64,000 nt of DNA from an uncultured Porphyromonadaceae bacterium (GTDB taxonomy: Bacteria > Bacteroidota > Bacteroidia > Bacteroidales > UBA12481), in contig CAYXJR010000013.1 in NCBI GenBank assembly GCA_964465145.1, positions 6,766 to 70,765 on the forward strand. The letters run 5' to 3'. Positions 48,727 through 58,176 of this stretch are shown one piece after another (positions within the stretch are counted from its first letter, which is position 1; each line of letters opens with the position of its first letter). Made by a program: the position numbers and the translations under genes. The notes under the pieces are model-generated. The model was not told the origin of the DNA, did not search any database, and saw only the letters and a program-made list of their open reading frames with translations.

Positions 48727-48894
48727 TTATTCGGGATGAATAGCTTCTACGGGGCAAACATCCGCACATGCACCACAATCAGTACATTCATCGGGATCGA
48801 TCAGGTAAATATCACCCTCAGAAATAGCTTCAACAGGGCATTCATCAATACAGGTTCCGCATGCAGTGCAATCTTCGTTAATTATGTAAGCCAT
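48727..48894 (-). CDS. 2x[4Fe-4S] ferredoxin (55 aa; below the ORF-track size cutoff)
   Basis: Hand translation of the minus strand gives MAYIINEDCTACGTCIDECPVEAISEGDIYLIDPDECTDCGACADVCPVEAIHPE*. It contains two CxxCxxCxxxCP clusters. Confidence 0.88.
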   Translation of the reverse strand: MAYIINEDCTACGTCIDECPVEAISEGDIYLIDPDECTDCGACADVCPVEAIHPE

Positions 48895-48923
48895 TGTATA
48901 AGGTTTTGGATTAATAATTTCTG

Positions 48924-48931
48924 CAAATGTA
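48924..48931 (-). promoter_or_regulatory. -7 promoter box TACATTTG upstream of ferredoxin
   Basis: Exact TAnnTTTG match on the minus strand, 30 nt upstream of ATG 48894. Confidence 0.4.
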
Positions 48932-48984
48932 GGTGCTTTTTTTTTTTGAAAACAATATTCCTGTTTTTTTTTGTTAATTCTTTT

Positions 48985-48999
48985 GCCGGCCGGCCGGCC
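48985..48999. repeat. 15-nt pure G/C palindrome (GCCG)3GCC
   Basis: GCCGGCCGGCCGGCC is embedded in an AT-rich divergent intergenic region. Its first 14 nt (GCCGGCCGGCCGGC) are self-complementary. Confidence 0.9.
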
Positions 49000-49006
49000 A
49001 CAAAAA

Positions 49007-49014
49007 TACTTTTG
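49007..49014 (+). promoter_or_regulatory. possible -7 promoter box TACTTTTG for the glycogen locus
   Basis: Exact TAnnTTTG match 92 nt upstream of ATG 49106, which would give a long leader. Confidence 0.35.
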
Positions 49015-49105
49015 GATATAAACCGACTTTATAATAATTTCGGGAGGTGAAAAATCCGGTTATTTCTTATTCCCAAACCTGCGCATATGTTTCATTTATT
49101 GCATT

Positions 49106-51046
49106 ATGAGTTATCTTAAGTTTGATAAAACACAATTGGTAAACCTTGAATACTCCCTTTCAAAGGAAGTTCTTTTGTCAAATGAGAGTGGGGTTTATTG
49201 CAGTACAACTCTTGTTGGTTGTAATACGCGCAAGTATCATGGATTACTGGTTGCCCCTATTAATTCCATAAATGGAGGCAAGCATGTGCTTCTTTCTACC
49301 GTTCATGAAACAGTTATTCAGCATGGTCAGGAATTTAACCTTGGCATTAATAAATATCCCGGTGAGTATAACCCCAAAGGACATAAATACGCCCGTTGGT
49401 TTGAACGGGATCCACTACCAAAAATAGTTTACCGGGTTGGAGGCGTTGTCATTCAAAAAGAGTTATTATTGGTTGATAATGAGGCTCGTGTGATGATAAG
49501 ATACACCCTTTTAGAATCTAGCTCCCCCACAAAAATTCGGATCAAACCCTTCCTGGCTTTCCGAAGTATCCATGATCTCTCCAAAGCGAATATGTTCGCA
49601 AATATAAAGATAGGGGTGGCACAGAATGGGATAAGTACCCGTTTGTATCCGGAATATCCCGATTTGTACATTCAATGTTCAAAGAAAGCTGATTTTGTGG
49701 CTGCCCCTGATTGGTATCTTGATATCGAATATACTAAAGAAAAACTCAGAGGATATGAGTACCTGGAGGATCTTTTTGTTCCCGGGTATCTCGAGATGGA
49801 CATAAAAAAAGAACAAAGTATTGTTGTTACAGCTGGGCTTAATGATTTATCCACCATGGGCCTTAACAGGACCTTCGCAAGCATTGTCAAGCATATTAAA
49901 CCCAGGGAGAGTTTTTTTGATTGGCTCTCCTATGCAGCAGGAGGATTTATCAGGAAGTCTGAAACAGGAATGGAGATTGTTCCAGGATACCACTGGTTTG
50001 GCCGCTGGGGCCGGCATGCCTTGATTTCTCTGCCAGGTATATCCACAGCTATGCAAGATAATGGATTTGCGGATAAGGTACTGAACTCATTAATTCGTAG
50101 GATGAAAGGCGGCTTGCTTCCAGATCATTCTCCTAATTTTAATCAACCGGTTTACGGTGCAGCAGATACTTCCCTCTGGTTCCTATGGACCCTTCAGCAA
50201 TTGTCTGAAATGGGACATGACCTAAAAAAACTGTATCAGCAATACAGGGATCCTATTCATAAAATACTCCTGGCTTATAAGAATTCGGAAGTTCCAGGCA
50301 TTCAGGTTCATGAAAATGGACTGCTTCATGGTTTTCTTCCAGGGCGGGCCCTGACCTGGATGGACTCATATGTTGATGGAAGGCCTGTAACCCAAAGACC
50401 AGGATATGCAGTTGAGATTAACGCTTTGTGGTATCATGCCATCTCCTTTGCACTTGAAGGAGCCAAGGCAAATATGGACACTGATTTTATTTCTGATTGG
50501 ACAGATATAAAAGAACAAATCCAGGGCAATTTCAATCTCACTTTCTGGGATGAACAAAACAATACTCTGTTCGACTATGTGTATTTGGGTAAGCCCAACA
50601 AGGATGTCCGCCCAAATATGCTGCTGGCTGCATCAATGAAATACACTCCACTATCCGAGGAACAGATTAAGGCCGTTCTCGACCAGGTTAAACAGGAATT
50701 ACTGGTGCCAAAGGGGGTCAGATCATTATCTCCCCGGTCGGAGGATTTTAAGCCAACCTATGAAGGTACTCACGACATGCGCGACCTGGCCTATCACCAG
50801 GGTTCAGTTTGGCCTTGGCTCGCAGGTCCTTTTGCAGAAGCCTGGCTAAGAATATACGATAAATCAGGAGTAGCTTTTATTAGCAAACTTCTACAGAATT
50901 TTGAAGAGGATCTTTTGGAGCATGGTATTGGCATGATCTCGGAGATATATGATGGGAATCCTCCACACCGTCCTTGCGGAGCTATCTCTTTTGCCTCCAG
51001 CGTGGGAGAATTGTTGAGAATTAAGTATTTATTATCAAAATATTGA
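49106..51046 (+). CDS. glycogen debranching enzyme, amylo-alpha-1,6-glucosidase type (GDE_N + GDE_C, GH133-like)
   Basis: N-terminus SNESGVYCSTTLVGCNTRKYHGLLVAP. The C-terminal (alpha/alpha)6 blocks are WFGRWGRHALISLPG, ADTSLWF, WMDSYVDGRPVTQRPGYAVEINALWY and HQGSVWPWL. Confidence 0.85.
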   Translation: MSYLKFDKTQLVNLEYSLSKEVLLSNESGVYCSTTLVGCNTRKYHGLLVAPINSINGGKHVLLSTVHETVIQHGQEFNLGINKYPGEYNPKGHKYARWFERDPLPKIVYRVGGVVIQKELLLVDNEARVMIRYTLLESSSPTKIRIKPFLAFRSIHDLSKANMFANIKIGVAQNGISTRLYPEYPDLYIQCSKKADFVAAPDWYLDIEYTKEKLRGYEYLEDLFVPGYLEMDIKKEQSIVVTAGLNDLSTMGLNRTFASIVKHIKPRESFFDWLSYAAGGFIRKSETGMEIVPGYHWFGRWGRHALISLPGISTAMQDNGFADKVLNSLIRRMKGGLLPDHSPNFNQPVYGAADTSLWFLWTLQQLSEMGHDLKKLYQQYRDPIHKILLAYKNSEVPGIQVHENGLLHGFLPGRALTWMDSYVDGRPVTQRPGYAVEINALWYHAISFALEGAKANMDTDFISDWTDIKEQIQGNFNLTFWDEQNNTLFDYVYLGKPNKDVRPNMLLAASMKYTPLSEEQIKAVLDQVKQELLVPKGVRSLSPRSEDFKPTYEGTHDMRDLAYHQGSVWPWLAGPFAEAWLRIYDKSGVAFISKLLQNFEEDLLEHGIGMISEIYDGNPPHRPCGAISFASSVGELLRIKYLLSKY

Positions 51047-51055
51047 CAGGAACCT

Positions 51056-52426
51056 ATGCGAGTGTTAATGTTTGGTTGGGAATTTCCTCCCCATATTAGC
51101 GGAGGCTTGGGAACGGCCTGTTACGGCCTTTCCAAAGGGCTTTCCTATAGGGGGGTAGAAGTGATATTCGTTGTTCCGAAAGCTTATGGCGATGAGGACC
51201 AGTCGGCCGTCAGCCTGGTTGGGGCTGCACAGGTGCCGGTGAAGCAACGGACCTATCATTTTTATAATGAAATTAATGAAAGAGAGATTAAAGGATGGAA
51301 GGAAGTGAGGGAAAAGATGACATATATAGAAGTCGGTTCTCTCTTAATACCCTACCTTTCACCGGAGGAATTTGAGATTTTTGTTAAGGAGAAAATTGAT
51401 CATCGAGATTTTCATTGGCAGAATCTTCGGGAGGAGACAACTAAAGGGGAATGGTTAGAGGATGATGTAATTGGTAAGATTGAGTTTACCGGCAAGTATG
51501 GCCCCGGCCTTCTGCAGGAAGTGTCGAATTATGGACTTGTTGCGGCTGAGATAGCACAAACTCAGGAATTTGATCTGATTCATGCCCACGATTGGCTAAC
51601 CTATTCTGCCGGCATTGCTGCCAAAAGAGTTAGTGGGAAACCCCTGGTGGTTCATGTACATGCCACCGAATTTGACCGCTCAGGCGAAAATGTTAACACC
51701 CTGGTTTATGACATTGAAAAAATGGGAATGGAGGCGGCCGACCGAGTTATCACGGTTAGTAACCTCACCAGAAATACAGTCATCCAAAAGTATGGAATTT
51801 CACCTGAGAAAGTGATTACCGTATACAATGCTGTTGAAACCGAAACAGATGTTAATAAAGAAGAGTATCACAAATCAGTGAATGAAAAAGTAGTAACTTT
51901 CCTTGGACGTATAACCTATCAGAAAGGGCCCGAATATTTCATTGAGGCTGCTAATTTAGTTTTGCAAAAGACTAATAATGCCCGATTTGTAATGGCGGGT
52001 AGTGGGGATTTGCTGAGAAAAATGATTCGCTATGCTGCTCGTTTAGGCATTTCCAACAAGTTTCACTTTACTGATTTCCTCAAGGGTGAAGATGTCGATC
52101 GGATGTTTGCTTTAAGTGACGTTTATGTGATGCCTTCGGTTTCTGAACCATTCGGAATCAGTCCATTGGAGGCTATGCGATCCAATGTTCCTGTGATTAT
52201 TTCTAAGCAATCAGGTGTTTCTGAGATTCTTCAGCATGCTATAAAAATTGATTTTTGGGATGTAAATGCCATGGCAGATGCTATATACAGCCTCATTAAT
52301 TACCCAGCCCTTTCGGAGATGTTCCGTAAATATGGGAAGGAAGAAGTGGATAGTCTAATATGGGAGAATGCAGCTGTACATATTCTTGATGTCTATTCCT
52401 CATTGGTAGAACAACCGGAAAAATGA
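51056..52426 (+). CDS. glycosyltransferase family 4 (candidate alpha-glucan synthase)
   Basis: MRVLMFGWEFPPHISGGLGTACYGLSKGL N-terminus, HAHDWLT, and the E-x7-E region MPSVSEPFGISPLEAM. Confidence 0.8.
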   Translation: MRVLMFGWEFPPHISGGLGTACYGLSKGLSYRGVEVIFVVPKAYGDEDQSAVSLVGAAQVPVKQRTYHFYNEINEREIKGWKEVREKMTYIEVGSLLIPYLSPEEFEIFVKEKIDHRDFHWQNLREETTKGEWLEDDVIGKIEFTGKYGPGLLQEVSNYGLVAAEIAQTQEFDLIHAHDWLTYSAGIAAKRVSGKPLVVHVHATEFDRSGENVNTLVYDIEKMGMEAADRVITVSNLTRNTVIQKYGISPEKVITVYNAVETETDVNKEEYHKSVNEKVVTFLGRITYQKGPEYFIEAANLVLQKTNNARFVMAGSGDLLRKMIRYAARLGISNKFHFTDFLKGEDVDRMFALSDVYVMPSVSEPFGISPLEAMRSNVPVIISKQSGVSEILQHAIKIDFWDVNAMADAIYSLINYPALSEMFRKYGKEEVDSLIWENAAVHILDVYSSLVEQPEK

Positions 52427-52463
52427 TAATGAAATTGGCCTAAAAAATTTAAAACATACCCAG

Positions 52464-53879
52464 ATGAAGAGTATTTGTTTGTATTTCCAGATTCACCAAC
52501 CTTTCAGGCTTAAAAGATATAGGTTTTTTGATATTGGGGCGGATCATTATTATTATGATGATTATACCAACAAGAGCATACTTCGGAAGGTAGCCCAAAA
52601 GTCGTATTTGCCAGCCAATGAGGTGATTATGGATTTGATAAAAAAGTATCCAACCAAATTTAAAGTAAGTTTTTCAATTACTGGAATTGCTCTCGAACAA
52701 TTTGAATTATATGCCCCTGAAGTGATTGACAGCTTTAAAGCGCTGGCTGAAACTGGCCAGGTTGAGTTTCTTGGAGAAACATATTCCCATTCAATAGCTG
52801 TCTTACAAAATACCGATGAGTTTCGCGACCAGGTGAGTCTGCATTCAAGTAAAATAAAAGAACTCTTTGGCCAGGAGCCGAAAGTATTTAGAAATACCGA
52901 ATTAGTCTATTCTGACAGTATAGGAGAGATTGTTGCAAATATGGGTTTTACTGGAATGCTGGCGGAGGGGGCAAAATTTGTTTTGGGATGGAAAAGTCCA
53001 AATTTCCTATATTATAATGTACTCAAACCGAAACTGAAACTGCTTCTGCGGAACTTTAAACTTAGCGATGACATTGCTTTCCGTTTTTCTAATCATAGCT
53101 GGAGTCAATGGCCGCTTTCGGCTGAAACCTATTCTAGTTGGATCAATTCAATTGATAAAAAGGAAGATGTTGTAAACCTATTTATGGATTATGAAACTTT
53201 CGGTGAGCATCAGACAAAGGAAACTGGCATATTCGGTTTTCTCAAATCTTTTCCTGGAGAGCTGATCGAAAAATATGGGATGACTTTTTATACTCCAAGT
53301 GAAATTGTAAATAAATTTCAACCTGTTGCATCCTTATCAGTTCCATTTCCAACCAGTTGGGCTGATGAAGAAAGAGATTTGTCAGCCTGGTTGGGGAATG
53401 AATTGCAGAATGAAGCCTTCCAAAAATTATATGAGCTCAGGGATCTTGTCAGGAGTTCCGCAGATGTTGATTTATTTAAGGATTGGGAGTATCTGCAGGC
53501 TAGTGATCACTTCTATTATATGTGTACTAAATTTTTTGCAGACCAGGCCGTTCACAATTATTTCAATCCCTACCAGAATCCATACGATGCCTTTATCAAT
53601 TACATGAATGTTCTTAGCGATTTCTCTCTGCGGCTCGAACAAAGCATCAACCGGATTAAATACCATGATGTGCCCCTCGAAGAACTACAGGGAGAACTTC
53701 TGGACAGGGCAATCTCGGAATACGATCAAGTTCTGAAAAAACTTCGGAAAAAGCGGACTATACGGAGAAATGCAGAAAGAAAAGTTACATTAAAAAGTCC
53801 CGATTTACCTGAGATGAATGTCAGAATAAAATCCTCAGAAGTTAAAAAGGGAAAGAGAAAGAAAACAGATTTATCTTAG
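52464..53879 (+). CDS. glycoside hydrolase family 57 (alpha-amylase-like)
   Basis: GH57 region I YFQIHQPFRL, GQVEFLGETYSH, candidate nucleophile context FRNTELVYS and candidate acid/base context FMDYETFGEH. Confidence 0.83.
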   Translation: MKSICLYFQIHQPFRLKRYRFFDIGADHYYYDDYTNKSILRKVAQKSYLPANEVIMDLIKKYPTKFKVSFSITGIALEQFELYAPEVIDSFKALAETGQVEFLGETYSHSIAVLQNTDEFRDQVSLHSSKIKELFGQEPKVFRNTELVYSDSIGEIVANMGFTGMLAEGAKFVLGWKSPNFLYYNVLKPKLKLLLRNFKLSDDIAFRFSNHSWSQWPLSAETYSSWINSIDKKEDVVNLFMDYETFGEHQTKETGIFGFLKSFPGELIEKYGMTFYTPSEIVNKFQPVASLSVPFPTSWADEERDLSAWLGNELQNEAFQKLYELRDLVRSSADVDLFKDWEYLQASDHFYYMCTKFFADQAVHNYFNPYQNPYDAFINYMNVLSDFSLRLEQSINRIKYHDVPLEELQGELLDRAISEYDQVLKKLRKKRTIRRNAERKVTLKSPDLPEMNVRIKSSEVKKGKRKKTDLS

Positions 53880-53930
53880 TTTTTTTGTTATTTCACTGCT
53901 CGATAGAAAAAAGCATTTACAATCTTAGAC

Positions 53931-56900
53931 ATGAAAAATGAATGTTGGCCAGATGTGGCTTTTGAAGTTAGTTGGGAAGTTTGTAATAAGGTCGGGGGCA
54001 TCCATACTGTTATTTCAACTAAGATCCCTGAAATGGACAGTAGGCTAGGGGAACAATATATTACTATTGGGCCTGATATATGGCGTGAGGAACATCAGAA
54101 TCCTGAATTTATTGAGGAGGACTCATTATTCAAGGGATGGCATCGGGAGGCTGCAAAACAGGGATTGAAAATTAGTGTCGGCCGATGGAATATAGCCAGT
54201 AAACCCATAGCTATAATAGTGGATTTTACTCCTCTTATTGCGAGAAAGGATGAAATTTTCAGCAAGGCCTGGGAAAACTGGAAACTGGATTCATTAACCG
54301 GGCCCTGGGATTATGTTGAGGCGGCTCTCTTCGGTTATGCATCAGGACTTGTGATAAAGAGTTATACTGATTATTACCGTAACACCAAAGCTTTAGCTCA
54401 TTTTCATGAATGGATGACCGGCATGGGCCTATTGTACCTGGATGAGTTTGCACCCTATATCGGAAAAATATTTACTACTCATGCCACGGTGATGGGGCGT
54501 TCTCTGGCAGGGAATGGGTATCCGCTTTATGAAAAGCTCACGGAATTCAAAACCGATGAGTTATCAACTCAGTTAGGAGTCAGGGCCAAACATTCACTTG
54601 AGAAACTGGCAGCAGAAAAGGCTGATTGTTTTACAACAGTTAGCGAAATCACAGGAAAGGAATGTGAGCAATTTCTGAATAAGAAACCTGATATCATTAC
54701 ACCTAATGGTTTCAATCCGGGATTTGTGCCGGATCCTGCTGAAATGGAGATAAAAAAAGTAGAGTCCCGGTCCATCCTGGCGAAAGTAGCTTCTGCTGTT
54801 TTGGGAAAGGAGATCGATTCAGATTCAATGTTCATTGGAACCAGTGGGAGGTACGAATTCCGTAACAAAGGCCTCGATCTTTTTATCGAAAGCCTGAGTT
54901 ATCTTAATCAGGATCCAAAATTAAAAAGGAACATTGTTGCTTTTATACTTGTTCCAGCTAATCATTACGGACCCCGGCAAAGCGTTGCCGATAGATTACT
55001 TAATAAAACGGCGGAAGTAAAAGGCAGCCCATATCTTACACATAATCTACATGATGCTCAGGATGACAGCATTATAAAAGCCCTGGAAAGGCTTCATTTG
55101 ACCAACCAAAGCAGTGACAGGGTCAAGGTAATATTTATACCGAGCTATCTAAATGGGCAGGATGGAATTCTGAATCTCAACTATTATGAGGCCTTAATGG
55201 GTCTTGATCTGACACTCTTTCCATCCTATTATGAACCTTGGGGATATACACCACTGGAAAGTTTGGTTTTTGGTGTTCCAACCCTGACCACTAATCTGGC
55301 CGGATTCGGACTTTGGCTCCAGGAGAATTTTACCCAGCAGAAAGATCAGCCCTTTTTCGTTGTGGACCGCCTTCATCTGGATTCGGCCGGTATAATCCAA
55401 TTGATGGCAGAAAAGGTTGAAGAATTGTCAGAGATTGATCCTGATGGATTGTCTGTTTTACGCAAGAAAGCTCACATATTGGCTCAGTCGGCCAATTGGT
55501 CTGTTTTTTTTGCCCGGTATGAAGAAGCATATTGTTTAGCAATGGGAAAAACTGGTTTGATGGAAATTCCAGAAAGGGAATTGCCTCCATCAGTTGATGA
55601 AACCAGAGTAGTGCTAAACCGAAAAGCAAACGATCCTGTTTGGAAAAATGTTGCAGTGGAATCTATTCTGCCGGTTAGCCTTGCTGGCCTCAATGAAATA
55701 GCCAGAAATATTTGGTGGTCATGGAATTATAAGGCTGAGGCCTTGTTCGAAGAGATTGATCATGAATTGTGGGCCAGTGTGGATAATAATCCGATTAAAC
55801 TATTACGACTTGTTCCATACACTCGTTTATTGAACCTGGTTGACAGCGAAAATTTTAGGACAAAATACGATGAAGTTCTTCGTGAGTTTAAAGAATACCA
55901 GGGACTAAAAAGCCAGGCAACTGGTCCGCAGATTGCATATTTTTCAATGGAATACGGATTTCATTCTAGCCTCAAGATATACTCCGGAGGCTTGGGGATA
56001 CTGGCGGGTGATTACCTGAAAGAGGCCAGCGATCGAAATATTAAACTTTTTGGAGTAGGTTTATTATACCGCCTTGGATATTTTAAACAGCATCTAACAC
56101 TTTCCGGTGATCAAATTTCGGAAAACCTTCGCGAAGAATTCTCTGAAATACCAGTTTTACCAGTATTTGATGAACAAAATCAAATAATGACCATCCAAGT
56201 AGCTTTTCCTGGTCGGATTGTCCATGCAAGAGTTTGGAAAGCTTTAATTGGCAGGGTAGATCTATATCTCCTTGACACGGATTGTGAAGCCAATAACCAG
56301 GAAGACCGGTATATAACCGACAACCTTTATGGCGGTGATGAAGAGCACCGCCTGAAGCAGGAAATGATTCTTGGGGTTGGCGGTGTGAGAATGATTGGGA
56401 ACTTAGGAATCCGTCCGGATATTTATCATTGCAATGAGGGACATTCAGCCTTTATTGGACTAGAAAGAATAAGGAGGATGATGGAGGCCAAACTATTCAA
56501 ATTTGATGAGTCTCTTGAAATTGTGAGGGCGTCTACTCTATTCACAACCCATACACCTGTTCCGGCAGGACATGATTCTTTTAATGAAGACCTGGTTAGA
56601 ACATACATGGGGCATTATCCTCAGCGGATCAATATCACCTGGGACGAATTTATTAACCTGGGACGAATTCAACCTGGCAATAGAAATGAGAAATTTTCTA
56701 TGTCATACCTGGCATCCAACTTGTCGCAGGAAATTAATGCGGTTAGCAAATTGCACGGTGAGGTCACTCGGAATATGTTTTGTAACCTTTGGAAAGGATA
56801 CTACCCGGAAGAAATGCATATTGGTTATGTGACCAATGGTGTCCATTACCAAACCTGGACTGCCAGAGATTGGCAAGAATTGCACAGAAAGATATTTGGG

Positions 56901-58169
56901 AATTTGTTTATTGAGGAGCAATCAGATGAAAAACATTGGGCAGGCATACATGAGGTTCCGGATAATGAGATATGGTCCATCAAGGAGGTACAGAGAGAGC
57001 GGCTAATAGCATATATCAAACAAAGGTTGAGAAAGAATTCAATTCGAAGACATGAGCCTCCAAATCAGGTGATGAATATTGTAAATGCTTTGAATGACAA
57101 GACTTTGACGATTGGATTTGCCAGACGTTTTGCCACATATAAAAGAGCTAATTTATTATTTAGGGATTTAGAACGCTTATCCTCCATTGTTAATAATGAG
57201 GGCAGAGAAGTTCAGTTTGTTTTTGCAGGAAAGGCTCATCCGCGTGACAAAGCTGGGCAGGATTTGATCAAATTCATCATTGATGTCTCAAGGCGGCCTG
57301 AGTTTTCCGGAAAAATTATTTTTCTGGAGAATTACGACATGAGCGTTGCCCGTCAATTGGTTCAAGGGGTAGATGTGTGGCTTAATACTCCTACTCGTCC
57401 ACTCGAAGCTTCCGGGACATCGGGGATGAAAGCTGCGATGAATGGGGTGATGAATTTAAGTGTGTTAGATGGGTGGTGGGTAGAGGGTTATAAAGAAGGT
57501 GCCGGCTGGGCCCTTCCCGAAGAACGGATTTATGCTGATCAGGAATTTCAGGATGAATTGGATGCTTCTACCATTTATAATTTGCTGGAGAATGAGCTGG
57601 TGCCGCTGTTTTATACACGGAACCAAAATGGAATACCAGAAAAATGGGTGTCCCACATAAAAAATACATTTGCATGGGTAGCTCCGAATTTCACCACTAA
57701 AAGAATGATTGATGATTATTTTTCCAGGTTCTATTCTGTTTTGGAATCCAGATCGAGTGATATGAGGGTTAATAATTATCATCTCGCCAGAGAAATATCT
57801 CGTTGGAAAAAAAGGATCGCATCAAGCTGGGATCAAATAAAAGTTCTGGATATCCAGTACAGCTATAAACTCGACGAACCAATACTCCTTGGAGATAAGT
57901 ATCGTATGCAGGTAATATTGGATATAGATGGACTTGAACCAGATGAAATCGGAGTGGAGCTGGTAGTGGTACGAGCCCATGGAGAGGGGAAAACAGAGTT
58001 CGTGTATAAAAAGGAATTCACCCAGACAACCAGGGAAAATAATCATGTGTTCTACAAACTCAAAACCATTCCCACCCAACCAGGTATATTCAAATTAGGT
58101 ATCAGGATTTTCCCAAAGCATCCTAAACTGCCACACAGACAGGACTTCAGCTATATGACCTGGATTTGA
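53931..58169 (+). CDS. fusion protein: GT3 glycogen synthase (N-terminal) + DUF3417/GT35 alpha-glucan phosphorylase (C-terminal)
   Basis: Uninterrupted 1412-aa ORF. The N-half carries eukaryote-type glycogen synthase motifs FEVSWEVCNKVGGIHTVISTK and LFPSYYEPWGYTPLESLVFG. The C-half has a DUF3417-like segment (IWWSWNYKAEALFEEID), IAYFSMEYGFHSSLKIYSGGLGILAGDYLKEASD and the PLP-lysine context EASGTSGMKAAMNGVMNLSVLDGWW. Confidence 0.9.
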   Translation: MKNECWPDVAFEVSWEVCNKVGGIHTVISTKIPEMDSRLGEQYITIGPDIWREEHQNPEFIEEDSLFKGWHREAAKQGLKISVGRWNIASKPIAIIVDFTPLIARKDEIFSKAWENWKLDSLTGPWDYVEAALFGYASGLVIKSYTDYYRNTKALAHFHEWMTGMGLLYLDEFAPYIGKIFTTHATVMGRSLAGNGYPLYEKLTEFKTDELSTQLGVRAKHSLEKLAAEKADCFTTVSEITGKECEQFLNKKPDIITPNGFNPGFVPDPAEMEIKKVESRSILAKVASAVLGKEIDSDSMFIGTSGRYEFRNKGLDLFIESLSYLNQDPKLKRNIVAFILVPANHYGPRQSVADRLLNKTAEVKGSPYLTHNLHDAQDDSIIKALERLHLTNQSSDRVKVIFIPSYLNGQDGILNLNYYEALMGLDLTLFPSYYEPWGYTPLESLVFGVPTLTTNLAGFGLWLQENFTQQKDQPFFVVDRLHLDSAGIIQLMAEKVEELSEIDPDGLSVLRKKAHILAQSANWSVFFARYEEAYCLAMGKTGLMEIPERELPPSVDETRVVLNRKANDPVWKNVAVESILPVSLAGLNEIARNIWWSWNYKAEALFEEIDHELWASVDNNPIKLLRLVPYTRLLNLVDSENFRTKYDEVLREFKEYQGLKSQATGPQIAYFSMEYGFHSSLKIYSGGLGILAGDYLKEASDRNIKLFGVGLLYRLGYFKQHLTLSGDQISENLREEFSEIPVLPVFDEQNQIMTIQVAFPGRIVHARVWKALIGRVDLYLLDTDCEANNQEDRYITDNLYGGDEEHRLKQEMILGVGGVRMIGNLGIRPDIYHCNEGHSAFIGLERIRRMMEAKLFKFDESLEIVRASTLFTTHTPVPAGHDSFNEDLVRTYMGHYPQRINITWDEFINLGRIQPGNRNEKFSMSYLASNLSQEINAVSKLHGEVTRNMFCNLWKGYYPEEMHIGYVTNGVHYQTWTARDWQELHRKIFGNLFIEEQSDEKHWAGIHEVPDNEIWSIKEVQRERLIAYIKQRLRKNSIRRHEPPNQVMNIVNALNDKTLTIGFARRFATYKRANLLFRDLERLSSIVNNEGREVQFVFAGKAHPRDKAGQDLIKFIIDVSRRPEFSGKIIFLENYDMSVARQLVQGVDVWLNTPTRPLEASGTSGMKAAMNGVMNLSVLDGWWVEGYKEGAGWALPEERIYADQEFQDELDASTIYNLLENELVPLFYTRNQNGIPEKWVSHIKNTFAWVAPNFTTKRMIDDYFSRFYSVLESRSSDMRVNNYHLAREISRWKKRIASSWDQIKVLDIQYSYKLDEPILLGDKYRMQVILDIDGLEPDEIGVELVVVRAHGEGKTEFVYKKEFTQTTRENNHVFYKLKTIPTQPGIFKLGIRIFPKHPKLPHRQDFSYMTWI

Positions 58170-58176
58170 TAAACTC

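Noticed and set aside
48718-49050. 110-aa plus-strand ORF from the track
   Set aside because: Its composition is low-complexity and Cys/Phe/Asn-rich. It is antisense to a perfect ferredoxin gene, then runs through poly-T tracts and the GC palindrome of an intergenic region. It is most likely a shadow ORF.
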